A program made the position numbers and the translations under genes. A model generated the notes under the pieces. It was not told where the DNA came from, ran no database searches, and saw only the letters and a program-made list of their open reading frames with translations. A stretch of DNA of 61,609 nucleotides, the filler included. It is 6 parts of 6 records of this genome, joined end to end, with 100 filler letters (N's around TTAATTAATTAA, not from the genome) between each part and the next. Parts side by side here need not be neighbours in the genome. Positions count along the whole stretch, not along the records: positions 5,456 to 24,292 come from DRR723986_15173; positions 24,393 to 36,060 come from DRR723986_15189; 4 more parts are not named here. One strand, given 5' to 3'. Positions 19,001-29,400 of the stretch are shown here, in pieces; within the stretch, counting starts at the first letter, position 1; each line of letters starts with the position of its first letter.

Positions 19001-22000
19001 TATCGCCCGATCCTTCAAGCTCAGCCGGCGAAGGGTTTGTGGAAACAGGCTTCATATGATAATAGGCACCACCGCCGAAGCCGTAAATACCAAAGCCAGG
19101 ATAAACCGGTATTCCGCTCCCCAGTTTTGCCATGGCATCAAAGTACCAGTAGCGATAGCGCGAGTTGCCGTTTTGGTAGGTCGTGCTACCAAATTGTACT
19201 GTGGCAAAGACTTCGATCAGGGGACGGAACTTCACGGACAGCGCGCCGCGGAAACCATCACCAAAGACTTCGTCGCCATTATACAATTCCACCGACCCGT
19301 CGATTTCACAGGCGGCGATACTGGCTTTGATGTAGATCGAGTTCAGCTCGGGTTTATCGAGCTTCCAGGTTTGTTTGTTGTTAACTTCCTGCATCTTGCC
19401 CCAGATGGTGAACGAGGTGCCGCCGCTGAGTGCGCTTTCACCGTTACCGTCCAGGCCAACATGGAATCCGAGCTGGATTCCGGCTTTGGTGCCGTTATCC
19501 TTAAACTTGAGAGTAATTCCGTCATCCGGTTTAATCGATACCGGGAATCCGGCAAAACTTTTCTGTGGACTCGCAAATTTGAAGAGATCCGCCGAGAGAT
19601 AGGGCTTTTTGTTGCGAATCTTGAAATTCTGGAACTTGACTTCTGGAATTTTGACTTTAACATTCTTGAGACTCGCGAATTCTTTATCGACTGTCAGCTC
19701 ACCGCTCAGGACTGCCTCAACCGTCACATCGTTGCCTTGTGATTCGATTGAAATACTTGAGCCTTCAAAGATGCTCAGGTCGGCGCCCCACATCGGCACG
19801 TTAAGCTGGTCAAGCGTCTCCACCGAAAAGGCCGTATGCAGTTGTTGGCCAGCATTACTCAGCAGGCAGGAGTAGCCCAGGCCAGTCTCCGAGACTGGAA
19901 CCTTAAGATCACCCTGGAACTTGCCGGTCGTCAGCGAGTTATTCAGGAAAGCCAGCTCAAATTTGCTCATTGAGAAACCCCAGCCGCCCAGGTTACCCTG
20001 GTCGAGCGAGAAGACCGGCTGCACCGAGACCTTGCCGGTAAACCCAAGCTTGTTAATCAGCGCATCCTTCATGGCAATGGTAACCGGCTGCTGCCCCTTC
20101 TTGAGGTAATCCGGCAGCGTGACGTCGATACTCTTGAAATAAAATCCGCGCCAGTCAACGCCAATTCCACCATTGTAGTTAGCCGGGAACTTCATACCCG
20201 CCGGATTCTGCTGATCCGAGAAATCAAGCCACACCTGATCAAACTCAAGTGTCAGACCTTTAAACCCCTTAACAGTAAATGGGTCCATATCAATCAGCCC
20301 CAGCATATTACCCCAGGAGCCGACGGTAAATTTGAAGCTCGCCTTAACTTGGCCATCGTTCTCAGCATGCTGTAACAAGTCTTCGGAGAAGCTGAAGAAA
20401 CCGTCCAGTTGCATTTCTTTATAGCCGTCACAATCCCACTTAACGTAGGTGCCTTCGTTTTGTCCACCGGCAGCCTTAAGTGTCAGGTCTACATTCGGCC
20501 CCCAGTTCATCGTCTTGTCATTGCCCAGCATTGTCAGCTCTTGCAAACCGTCAACACTTAAGCCGGTTGGGTGGAAACAAATGTTCTTCTGGCCAAAAGC
20601 CACGATGTCATTATTGGCTTCGGGAATCTCAAAGTTCAGGAAGGCGTTAAAACGCGCACCGTCGGGTTTGAACTCAACAGCGGCGATATTAATCAGCTGC
20701 AGTTTGCTGTCTACCATTTTGCTCCAGGCAAATGGCAGGCCGGCGATTTCCAGATCGGCGAACTGCTCTACGTATTTTTGATTATTCTTAACAAAGTCAC
20801 TCAGCTGCTTGACTTTGCTGCCGGCGATATTGTTCAGGTTATTGTTAATATCCTGCAGCTTCTGGTCCACCTGCGCGCCGGGATCGTACGCTCCCATGGC
20901 AGCGCCCTGATAAACTTTGTGGTCAGCGTTAACTTTCAGGCCGCTGAAGGTCGTCCGCAAGCGCACGCGAAAAACCGGGGCATCAATATAGCCTTCACCA
21001 CTCAGGTTAGAGGCAGAAGCATTATCCAAATCCGTTAACTTCAGCGTGAAGTAGCCAATCTGAATTTCATCACCAATTTCGTATTGTTTATCGGCCGCCG
21101 GACCCTGTGCGATCGGCTGAGGCGCACAGCTCAGCGTCTCGCACGGGTTGGCGTACTCTTCCTCAATGTCTATCTGTTCGTCTTCCTGCTCTTCGTCTTC
21201 GTCCTGACTGCCCCAGACAAATGCGCAGACTTCACTGTATCCGTCGTTTTTGAAACTGAGCGGATTGTTTAAGTTTTTGGCTCGCGCCTGCACACGCAGA
21301 GCGTAGCGCATACCTTCCTGCAGGAGCGGATCAAAGGCGGTATAGAGATAGGAATTTGTCTGTACAACTTTCTCAAAAAATGGCGGGTCCGGTGCGGCGA
21401 GCATCGCCTGGTTCGGATCGGTATTTGCCGGCAGGACTTCTACCATTTGCAGCACGTATTCCATGTCTTGCACCGGAGCGCCGGCGGGAATTGTCCATGT
21501 TAACAGCAGGTTCTGCGGATTTTGCGCATTTACATCACTATCACACAGTGGCTGTGTAACTACCGGCGGATCAAAGTGTGTGATCAGGAAGTTGGCACAG
21601 CCCGAGGGCGCAGGCATCGAACGCGCAGCCTGTCCACCGTAGTCAAAGACACGCATACACAGGCTGTAGTTGCCTTCCGGCAAACCATTACCCTGAATCA
21701 CTTCCGCTTTGGAAATGCCCGTGAAGTTCAGCACGTCCGCGTTAAAGTATGCACTTAACTGCGCACCCATTAATGAACGGGTTTGCAGCGCATTCAAAAT
21801 GATCGGCTGCGGTGGCTGGAAATTCTCTGGAATTGCGACCGTTACATCGTTGTCCTGCCCTTCAAACGCACCGGCCAGACGTAACTCCAGGTCCTGGTTC
21901 GTTGTGTTAATCAGCGTTACTACCAACTTGTTTTCAAAGTCGATATAGTCCGATAGGTAGGGCGAGTACGGAGGTGCAACCGTCGTAGAGACAATCACAT

Positions 22001-22088
22001 CGTTCTGTGCCTGTACATGCACCGCCGTCGCCGGCAGTACTAACAAGCAAATTAACAGGATCAGCCGGGTGTTAAAAGCTGAGTACAT
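16065..22088 (-). CDS. 2007-aa secreted TANFOR-like domain protein
   Basis: Signal peptide (VQAQ); N-terminal VAPPYSPYLSDY...LPEGNYSLCMRVFDY resembles TANFOR; then an FN3-like domain, a long Gly/aromatic beta-rich body and a basic C-terminus. Confidence 0.75.
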   Translation of the reverse strand: MYSAFNTRLILLICLLVLPATAVHVQAQNDVIVSTTVAPPYSPYLSDYIDFENKLVVTLINTTNQDLELRLAGAFEGQDNDVTVAIPENFQPPQPIILNALQTRSLMGAQLSAYFNADVLNFTGISKAEVIQGNGLPEGNYSLCMRVFDYGGQAARSMPAPSGCANFLITHFDPPVVTQPLCDSDVNAQNPQNLLLTWTIPAGAPVQDMEYVLQMVEVLPANTDPNQAMLAAPDPPFFEKVVQTNSYLYTAFDPLLQEGMRYALRVQARAKNLNNPLSFKNDGYSEVCAFVWGSQDEDEEQEDEQIDIEEEYANPCETLSCAPQPIAQGPAADKQYEIGDEIQIGYFTLKLTDLDNASASNLSGEGYIDAPVFRVRLRTTFSGLKVNADHKVYQGAAMGAYDPGAQVDQKLQDINNNLNNIAGSKVKQLSDFVKNNQKYVEQFADLEIAGLPFAWSKMVDSKLQLINIAAVEFKPDGARFNAFLNFEIPEANNDIVAFGQKNICFHPTGLSVDGLQELTMLGNDKTMNWGPNVDLTLKAAGGQNEGTYVKWDCDGYKEMQLDGFFSFSEDLLQHAENDGQVKASFKFTVGSWGNMLGLIDMDPFTVKGFKGLTLEFDQVWLDFSDQQNPAGMKFPANYNGGIGVDWRGFYFKSIDVTLPDYLKKGQQPVTIAMKDALINKLGFTGKVSVQPVFSLDQGNLGGWGFSMSKFELAFLNNSLTTGKFQGDLKVPVSETGLGYSCLLSNAGQQLHTAFSVETLDQLNVPMWGADLSIFEGSSISIESQGNDVTVEAVLSGELTVDKEFASLKNVKVKIPEVKFQNFKIRNKKPYLSADLFKFASPQKSFAGFPVSIKPDDGITLKFKDNGTKAGIQLGFHVGLDGNGESALSGGTSFTIWGKMQEVNNKQTWKLDKPELNSIYIKASIAACEIDGSVELYNGDEVFGDGFRGALSVKFRPLIEVFATVQFGSTTYQNGNSRYRYWYFDAMAKLGSGIPVYPGFGIYGFGGGAYYHMKPVSTNPSPAELEGSGDNVDGFDVDQPGQSSTGVVYQPAPNIAFGFKATIIMGTMPSPNAFNGDITLEMSFFEGGGINEVAFYGAGYFVSLPDPKNRPGDNAVLSATCDFRYSSVKKSFDGLINVKFNVNAGNKKLISGGGDAHIHFSPNKWFIKVGRPENRMGLDVLGLVKIGSYFMIGKNSLGGMPPLPPEFQAKFPNFNDDNPRKPEVNNGSGFAFGQQLDIDTGELKFLVFYARLAVVFGYDVSVLKLDQECDQIEGKMGLNGWYATGQVYTSFTAEVGMKLDFWFAKADIELVSVSSHLAFEAGLPRPTWLAGAFSGSYNVMNGLLSGTVNFNFKWGAYCNPASNDPFAGVRVISDLKPLGQEVDVYAYPQASFSLPVGKNKAITVEILNSDGEPENLTFRFDVHDFEVRHKGSNKKVAGSWSLVEKNMSALFEPKYGFDEYTKYYAKISVYGDQKIKGVWKRVKECKNCSQDYHEVKTVDFKTGKAPRHFREQDVIASTPGRWQRYFHWDDYNKGAIQLIQFPNVIANLKPKDDKYKFVYEARFHEVDGGSNKLAGHSLSWKNTSQFKGVEFEMPSLKAETVYILQIVRRKVKKVQNKGLGLQLKSGSSGIGSWTQNKYVGQGQKVKVKRTRVNSLKLGDDEFMVYKLAFRTSKYSMFQNKLNKYLGNRVSTKTGQNFYKRTIYSKYKGDEALDWYDLNQTSYKKGSTRFYNEPLIYGVAHDRSGPNTSDTWWSFLHNRYFRYSTRDHYINSVYLSTPPLENYLNPTMFRTYPSKNAYTPGSRLTNNTHISQIDFPERAVDIQYSGTGTAKKLTNAEVNAAYWKGYSPPKPKSPGIKGFQANLGEKGAPPKKKINLGKLNLKLKGLNNPNLNKPKPGPGMQGQGPQQLANLEHNFMTIRYDVITVLNLDRIKVYDELMGRAGPTLWNTEDQQFQKFLRYNAPEKWIADEFKVSGWLYWKMTPLKSARYTLDIIMPRKPEGKEVFLKLDK

Positions 22089-23778
22089 AGCGTGCCGTGG
22101 TCATAAATTCCGAAAAAGAAGAATTACCAGCATCAAAAGATGCCGTAGAGAAAGAAGAAGACAGATTAATTGAGTGCTGCTCCGCTGGACGGTAGCCCAG
22201 CCCAAGTGTAAAGTTTGCCGTAGATCCCAGCTGCCGGCTGGAACCCGCAAAAGTCGCGCTTACAGCTATAGCCGGATCGGCAAAGGACTTCTCCGCACCC
22301 AGGCTGTAGGAAATACTTGTAATGCGCCCGCTCAGGTTGTCCAGGCGGTTGCCCGAAACATTGGCCGAAAACGAGAGTGCCTCGCGTATAAATGTTAAGC
22401 TGTACGCCAGGCTCAGATTCGTCGATTCATAACGCGTAAACTGCGCCGTAAAGTCATTGTTATCGATCATACGGCTGTACAGAAGTGTTGCCACAATTGT
22501 CTGCACTTTCAGGCTGTCACGCAGCATCAGGCGCGGCGTCAGCGTCACGCTGGGCGCACTTTGATCCATGCGTGTTGTGTCGTTAAGGGCAATTGTACCA
22601 TCTTCCTGGCTGGTTAACATATCATTGTACTGCAGGTCCACACCCCAAACTGGCGTGGGATTGTACGAGATGTTAAACGTTGGCGCCAGGCGCGTTGTCG
22701 TTGCAAATTTTTTGTCCTGCAGATTATCATGCTGCCACGAAAGTGATCCGTTTAATCGCAGGGTATTGCTGAGTAGTACAAGCGAAGGCGCAAAGGTCAG
22801 CCGCTCAATATCACTTGCCAGGAAATACGCGCCCATCGATTGATAGTCGGGGTCAACACGGGTGTAGTCCAGGCGAACTCCAAAGCGCTGATGTGTATAA
22901 CGTGCACCAACATTAAACGCCGAATAGATTTGTGTCGAAATCCGTGGCTCAATAATGCTGTTGACCTGCTCCAGCTCCGGCGTTTCGTCCGCCAGCGAAA
23001 TCGAACGCACATTACGCGTGTAGGCACTTAGCCCCGCATCGCCATGTATAGTTAATCCATCCAGAGGCTGAACGCGAGTGTTAATCCCAAAAACAGCATT
23101 CTCACCAGCCTGCAGCAAAGATTCCTCGCTGACTGTTTCCAGTGAATTTGTGTCGTCCTGTGCATATAAATACACCAGGTCCACAAAGTTTTGGCCGCTG
23201 CCAACCCCGAGTTTAACACTGTAGCCGGAGCGCTCATAGCTTGGCGTCTGCAGCAGTGCCGTTGTTGTATCTTCGGGTACGGCTTCATTAAACTGACCGG
23301 CGATCGCCGCAAACCGCAAAATTCCCGGTGTTAACTCCAGGCCTGCACCAAATATCTGATGTCCCGCCAGAGTGTAACGTGAGAAGCGCAGATTGCGATG
23401 TCCCAGGTGTAGAGTAGCCCACTTGTAGTGTGGGCTTAAACCATACTGGTTAAATGGCTGGCTAAAATCCTGTCCGCGATCACTAATACTAAAACTCAGT
23501 GGAATCGCTACGTCGTAGACATCAAAGGTCACATTACCACTCAGCAACCAGGTTAAAGGTTCGCGCCGCGCCGCAATATCACTCGACTCATAGACGGTGG
23601 ACTGCATCGTCACCGAACCATCGACAGTTACCGGTGGTCCGCTGCCAATTGCCGCCAGATCCTGTGCATGCACCGAATGAGTCGAGGCGACACACACCAG
23701 CATTAACAGAAAACAAAAAAGATGTTTAACACGGCAGCCTTGCACGGCGCACCTTCGGGCTTCATGAGCGTACTTCAA
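22072..23778 (-). CDS. Putative outer-membrane beta-barrel protein
   Basis: Signal peptide (VHAQ); alternating amphipathic strands; FNQYGLSPHYKW and YTRVDPDYQSMGAYF motifs; C-terminal ...RYVLSF BAM-type signature. Start codon uncertain. Confidence 0.75.
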   Translation of the reverse strand: MKYAHEARRCAVQGCRVKHLFCFLLMLVCVASTHSVHAQDLAAIGSGPPVTVDGSVTMQSTVYESSDIAARREPLTWLLSGNVTFDVYDVAIPLSFSISDRGQDFSQPFNQYGLSPHYKWATLHLGHRNLRFSRYTLAGHQIFGAGLELTPGILRFAAIAGQFNEAVPEDTTTALLQTPSYERSGYSVKLGVGSGQNFVDLVYLYAQDDTNSLETVSEESLLQAGENAVFGINTRVQPLDGLTIHGDAGLSAYTRNVRSISLADETPELEQVNSIIEPRISTQIYSAFNVGARYTHQRFGVRLDYTRVDPDYQSMGAYFLASDIERLTFAPSLVLLSNTLRLNGSLSWQHDNLQDKKFATTTRLAPTFNISYNPTPVWGVDLQYNDMLTSQEDGTIALNDTTRMDQSAPSVTLTPRLMLRDSLKVQTIVATLLYSRMIDNNDFTAQFTRYESTNLSLAYSLTFIREALSFSANVSGNRLDNLSGRITSISYSLGAEKSFADPAIAVSATFAGSSRQLGSTANFTLGLGYRPAEQHSINLSSSFSTASFDAGNSSFSEFMTTARYVLSF

Positions 23779-24292
23779 TTACGGTGGCAAATTTGTCTGA
23801 TCAGGTCCGCCAATTCAATACCACTTTGCCCCATAAATCAAGTTTCTGGTTTTTGCAAGAGCATGGCGCCAGTGTTAATGCGGCCTCAGAACTTTAGATC
23901 CAAAATTTCGCATAAATCAGGTTTCTGAGCGCGCCGTAGCGATAATTTGTGCGGTTTACTGCGCAAGGTTCTAGTGTTTATGCGGCTTGATCGCTTTGAG
24001 CTGCCTCGCGCCTGCGGCGTGTTCGTCATCTCAGACTCTTTTGAGTTTCTTGTTAGTTGTTGCGGCGGCATCTGCCCACCACTCAGTACAAGTGGGTGGT
24101 TTGGGAGCATTCAAATAGTGGAAGAAGCACTAAAATCACTAGTCAATATCTGGCCAGAAATCTGTTTATTTTACAGTGACTTATACTTTTTGTTAACAAA
24201 CTACGCGCTTTCACCAGCCCTGGTATCTGGACCGCTGAACTCTTTTGACTTGTGCTGAGTGTTCGATACACGGTAATTTGTGGATGGGGGTT

Positions 24293-24392
24293 NNNNNNNN
24301 NNNNNNNNNNNNNNNNNNNNNNNNNNNNNNNNNNNNTTAATTAATTAANNNNNNNNNNNNNNNNNNNNNNNNNNNNNNNNNNNNNNNNNNNN
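24293..24392. other. Artificial contig linker
   Basis: N44-TTAATTAATTAA-N44. Confidence 0.99.
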
Positions 24393-24440
24393 GGCCACAA
24401 ATGTCATGACCAGCATACTGATATAGTGTTTGGCTTTCAT
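24393..24440 (-). CDS. Third copy of the small secreted protein, 5' end only (cut by contig end; absent from the ORF track)
   Basis: Translates MKAKHYISMLVMTFVA, nearly identical to the start of 24642-25007; GGAGAA RBS upstream. Confidence 0.75.
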
Positions 24441-24641
24441 GATGTATTCTCCAGTTAGGGGAAAGGAAAGTCTGATCCGGGCACATGTTCATTAATTGGA
24501 TTACACCCGGGTCGGTATAGAATCGTGCTTGTGCCGGGCAAGAGTTTCGCCTGGTTTTGCACAATCTGATTTTGATTTATAGGATTATGCCGGCGAACGC
24601 CGGTTTAAACGTACGCGAATTGAATTTGAAGCTGCTTGCGC

Positions 24642-25007
24642 TTAGAATATGACCCAAACCTGCGTATCGCGACGGCAGAACCTGGTCGGTGGCGTGAAGC
24701 AGAGTACCGGACCCGACTCCGCGGCGACGCAGGTACCCACAGCAATGTTGGGATCATTGCCGACATTGTTAATTACTACTTTGGCAATCGATTCACCAGC
24801 CGGAACTTTGATATCGTAGGAATCGCCTGGCAACACCAATTGAGGACCAAAAAGTGTGTTTTGATCGGTCACGTAGGAAATGTTTAATGCGCAGTCCGAG
24901 AAGTTATAGACTGAAGCCGGACTGTTGGCCTCGGCAACTTGAATGTTAATACCTGCGACAGCCACAAGTGTCATGACCAGCATGCTGAAATAGTGCTTGG
25001 CTTTCAT
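24642..25007 (-). CDS. Small secreted 4-Cys protein (121 aa)
   Basis: Signal peptide ending AEA; close paralog in tandem; GGAGAA RBS. Confidence 0.85.
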   Translation of the reverse strand: MKAKHYFSMLVMTLVAVAGINIQVAEANSPASVYNFSDCALNISYVTDQNTLFGPQLVLPGDSYDIKVPAGESIAKVVINNVGNDPNIAVGTCVAAESGPVLCFTPPTRFCRRDTQVWVIF

Positions 25008-25265
25008 GGGATTTCTCCAATTTTGTGAAAATGAATAGCCTAACCGAGGTGCTTGTTCAAGGAAAGAAGCGCACCCGGGCGAATGTTGTTGTGCTTATAC
25101 GGGTCGTGAATTGACCTTACATTGCACGGTGAGACTTGTAGCAATGTTGAATGAATCCGGCACAGGTGTACGCGAATTGATTTTGGTGGTGATCACCAGG
25201 TCCGCCGTGTGACAAGTGTAGTAAATTTAGCGGGTAGTAGAACTACTGGTGAACAATCCGGGAGC

Positions 25266-25631
25266 CTAAAATATTACCCAAACCTGAGTATCGCGGCGGC
25301 AGAAACGGGTTGCCGGTGTAATACAGATCGCGGGACCCGATTCCAGTACAGCACATGTTCCGACGGCAATGTTAGGATCATTGCTGACATTGTTAACCCC
25401 AATTTTCACAATCGATTCGCCAGTCGGGACTTTGATGTCATAGGATTCGCCCGGCAGAACCAGTTGAGGGCCGAACAAGGTGTTTTGATCGGTCACATAG
25501 GCGATGTTTAAGGCACAATTTGACCGATTGTGAACCGAAGCGGGACTGTTGGCTTCTGCTACCTGAACGTTAAATCCGGCAACGGCAACAAAGGCCAGAA
25601 TGAGCATGCTGACAGAGTATTTCAGCTTCAT
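25266..25631 (-). CDS. Small secreted 4-Cys protein (121 aa), paralog
   Basis: Start MKLKYSVS at 25631 with an AGGAGG RBS; aligns without gaps to 24642-25007. Confidence 0.85.
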   Translation of the reverse strand: MKLKYSVSMLILAFVAVAGFNVQVAEANSPASVHNRSNCALNIAYVTDQNTLFGPQLVLPGESYDIKVPTGESIVKIGVNNVSNDPNIAVGTCAVLESGPAICITPATRFCRRDTQVWVIF

Positions 25632-26324
25632 AAATATCCTCCTGTTAACGAGAGTTGATTGATGGCTGTGAACTATTGTGTATGTGGTCAGCGCTTCGGA
25701 TTTTGGTGAAACGCTTTTTAGTACACACGTATCCACAGATCGAATTTATCTACATGAAAAAATCGAGTCGGCTTAGAACTGTGCAAGGCTATGTTAAGGT
25801 GCTGATACCTGCTTCGCACAGCTAGACTGGCGAAAGATATTAAGGGAATTAGTGTGGAAAATTGCGGAATAATGAACCAGTGCTGGCTCTTTACGTTATT
25901 CGATTTCTTCCACTGAGTGAATTTGCACGGCAGTAGTGTGCATACTATGATGACAGTTACACTGGCAGTAACGCAGGCCAATATAGCGGCTTTAAAAGAA
26001 CTTGTCAAGTACAATGTGTTGATTTGGAATATTTTTTGATTGGCAGTCCTGAAATGTAGTCGTTTCATTTTGTTAGTGGAGTCGGAGGAACAGTGAGAGA
26101 TTTAATGTGAATTGATGTCACTGCGCCAGTAGCGAAATTTTGTGTAGTACCTGGCATGCCCAATACCCCGATGCATGAGGTCTTCTATCACAATTGTGAC
26201 GTTTAGCGGCTTCAGTCATTCCTTCTATATTTAGATTACCCCATGAGAGAGAAAATAGAGGCGGGCAGGTGCAGCGTGTCATTCTCGAATCCACCTCACA
26301 AGTTTAGCCTCACGCGTAATCTTT

Positions 26325-26373
26325 AAAACACAAAAGCCTTGCAAATCATTGATTTGCAAGGCTTTTGTGTTTT
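26325..26373. terminator. Perfect 24-bp inverted repeat, probable bidirectional terminator
   Basis: AAAACACAAAAGCCTTGCAAATCA-T-TGATTTGCAAGGCTTTTGTGTTTT, 80 bp past the stop of the giant gene. Confidence 0.65.
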
Positions 26374-26453
26374 GAATGCGGAACCGGCGAGACACTAACT
26401 AAAACTTATTCGGGAAACCAATTTCGTCGTTTACCCGCTTATAGCTTGCAGAT

Positions 26454-29400
26454 TTAACGAACAGTCAAGGTTGTGCTGATGGTCTGCTGTTCGCCATTCT
26501 CAGCCCAATAATTCAATTTAACAAAATAAGTGCCGGCCGGAATTCGTGCTCCGCGATCATCGCGTAGGTGAAGATCGACGCTGTTGAGCCCGGTATTTGT
26601 TGTTTCCAGATCCATTGATGAAATTTCGCGACCGCGAATATCACAGAGTGTCAGATGTGCAGCTGACGGATGATCAAGGACAAAGTTAACTACCGCAAAG
26701 TCGCGGGCTGGATTCGGTAATATGCTAATGTTTTTTTGACTATCTGTATTGGCCGAGATTGTTGCGACCCCCAACTTGGCATTAACGACGAGCACCGTAA
26801 CTGTTGCCGTCGAACTTCCACCGGCGTAGTCGCCGACAGAGTAACTAAACTGGTCCACCCCTACGGTGTTTCCGGCGACGTACTCAATAGTTGTTCCGGC
26901 GTTTTTGATGCTGACAGTTCCCAGTAGCGGCACCGATGCGCTAGTAATAGCCAGCATGTGGCCATCGGGGTCACTATCGTTAGAGAGGGGACTGATACTT
27001 AGGGTAGCGTTTTTTGCGACAGGTCCAGCCACATCATTAATTGCATTAGGTTGACTGTTGCGGCGCAATGTGGCGATGGAGTTTTCTGCAGCGCCCGGCA
27101 CATAAATTTCGGCCGAAGATTGCCACAGTGCAGGCATTGTGGCACCATTAAGACCGTCAAAATTACCATCTCCGTCCTGCGCTTTTTTCATGAATGTAAG
27201 TTTGCCGCTGATTAAATCACGCTTAAACAATACGAGTGCATCGTCAATCTCAGACGCAGCCCAGAGATATGCTCCATCAGGGCTCACCTGGATTCCACGT
27301 ACTCCGTTAAGTCCTTCAATGTCTTCGTCGCTGTTAAGATAGACTTCTATAAAAGTCAATTCTCCGGAATTTGAATTGCGCTCAAATAGCGCGATTGCAT
27401 CGTCTACATATCCCGCAGTGTAGACATGCAATCCATCCGGGCTGATTGAGACATCGATCACGCCGGAGAGGCCGTCAATTCCACTAACGCCATCGCGATA
27501 CCGTTCGATATAGTCTAGCTTTCCATCGCGCGTGTTGCGTTCAAAACCGGCAAGTGAGTGTTCGCCGTAACCGGCGATGTATGCGTGTTTGCCATCCGTA
27601 CTGACTGCCAAACCCCGAGCGCGGCGCAATCCATCCACACCAGCTTGATTGTCTTTTTGAACATTTACATAATTGAATTGGCCGGTTCCATCATTTCGCT
27701 GGAAGTGAGAAACGCTGTTGTCGGAGTTGCCGCTGACGTACACTGATTTTCCGTCATGGCTCACATTCAGATTACGCGGTCTCTTCAAACCCTGTATTGC
27801 CAATCCATTGTCTAGTTGACCGTACTTTTTACGGGCAACAAAACTTAAATCACCATTAATTTGATTTCGTTTAAATATCACTAGTGCATTGTCGCCGTAC
27901 CCGGCTGCAAACAGATAATATCCTTGTGGATCAATGGCCAGGTATTCTGGGTACTTCAGGCCTACAACTCCACTGCGCAAATTTCGAATACGTTTAACAT
28001 AAGTAAGTCTACCGGTCGAGGTGTTACGCTCAAATATTGCAATCGAATGATCATTGCGCCCCGCAACGTAGACATATTGGCCGTCATGACTAACGACAGC
28101 GCTGGCGGCTGCACGGAGTCCGCGGACACCACTAATACGGTCCTTCTTGCGATTTACAAAATTTATTAACGCGTTTGGAACCGAGTCTGCCGGCACAACA
28201 ATGACCACAGCAGCAGTGGCCCTGCAACCTTCATCTGATTGTACCGTGTAGGTTAAGGTTTCAATTCCCTTGAATCCCGCATTGGCAGTGTAGTTTATCA
28301 CGTTGCCGGCTGTCGAAGCACTACCGAATTGAGCCTGTTCGACACTGATCAATTGCAGGCTGTTACCAAGATCATTGTTTAGTACTTCGATTGCTGTAGT
28401 GGCACTTGTAGTAACAATGAAGTCTGCAACGGCGCTCAAACTCTTGGATTGTGCGAGCAGTACCGTCGAATTTGTACAGCCTGAAATGCTGCTACGCGTT
28501 ACACGCAGCTCTGCGACACTCGCCGAATTTGACCAAACAATTTCCACTGCTCCTGTGCCCTGACCACTTTTAACAATCCCGCCCTTCACGGACCAACTGT
28601 GAGCTGCCAGAGGATCAATTGGCAAAGCAGTGAACTGCGTTGCAACACCCGGACAAGCACAGCTAGAGCCTGTTATGCTGAGCTCTTCTACGGATTGTAC
28701 GACGAGTGTGAAGCTTGTAGTGCGCACAAATTCTCCATCTGACACTTGAACATTTACAACAGCTGAGCCAGTCTCGCCACACTGCGGTGTCACATTCAGT
28801 TCTACAGTTGCCGCCGTGGCACCGAAAGTTATATCGGCATCCGGCAACAATGACAGATTTGAAGAAGTTGCGTTGAGAATAAGTTTGTTAAAAGGAGAAT
28901 CAATATCACTTAAGTTTATTACAAGAGTCGTTGTGCCATTCTGATTGATTGCGCTGAGCAGGTTGGACGCTGTGATCACAGGCGGATCGTTGATTGGATT
29001 AACAGTCACGTTGAAGCTTGTTGAGTGTGTGGCATCACCATCGTCTGCGAGTACGGTGATAAGTGCACTACCATTGGCATTTGTGACTGGAGTCAAGAGT
29101 ATCGGCGTTACACCACCACTTGTGCCAAACAGGATTGCCTCATTGGGAATTAGGGCAAGGTTCGATGAAGTCGCAGTCAACATTACACTCGATAGCTGTG
29201 TATCGTTGTCAACTAATATTACCGAGGCCGATGTTGTGTTGTCTTCATCAACTACAATGACTGATGCACCTGCAGCGACGACCGGCGGATCGTTGACAGC
29301 ACCAACGTTAAGTTGAAGGAGCAGGGTTCGCGTGAATTCACCATCGTCAACTGTTAGAGTGATAATCGAATTACCGGTTGCATTGGAGACCGGGTCGATC

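Noticed and set aside
25718-26068. 116-aa ORF upstream of the secreted array
   Set aside because: No motif or RBS; it overlaps the likely promoter region and is probably spurious.
22072-26454. Single locus joining the TANFOR operon to the secreted array and adhesin
   Set aside because: They are separated by a linker, so adjacency is not evidence of linkage even if both come from the same genome.
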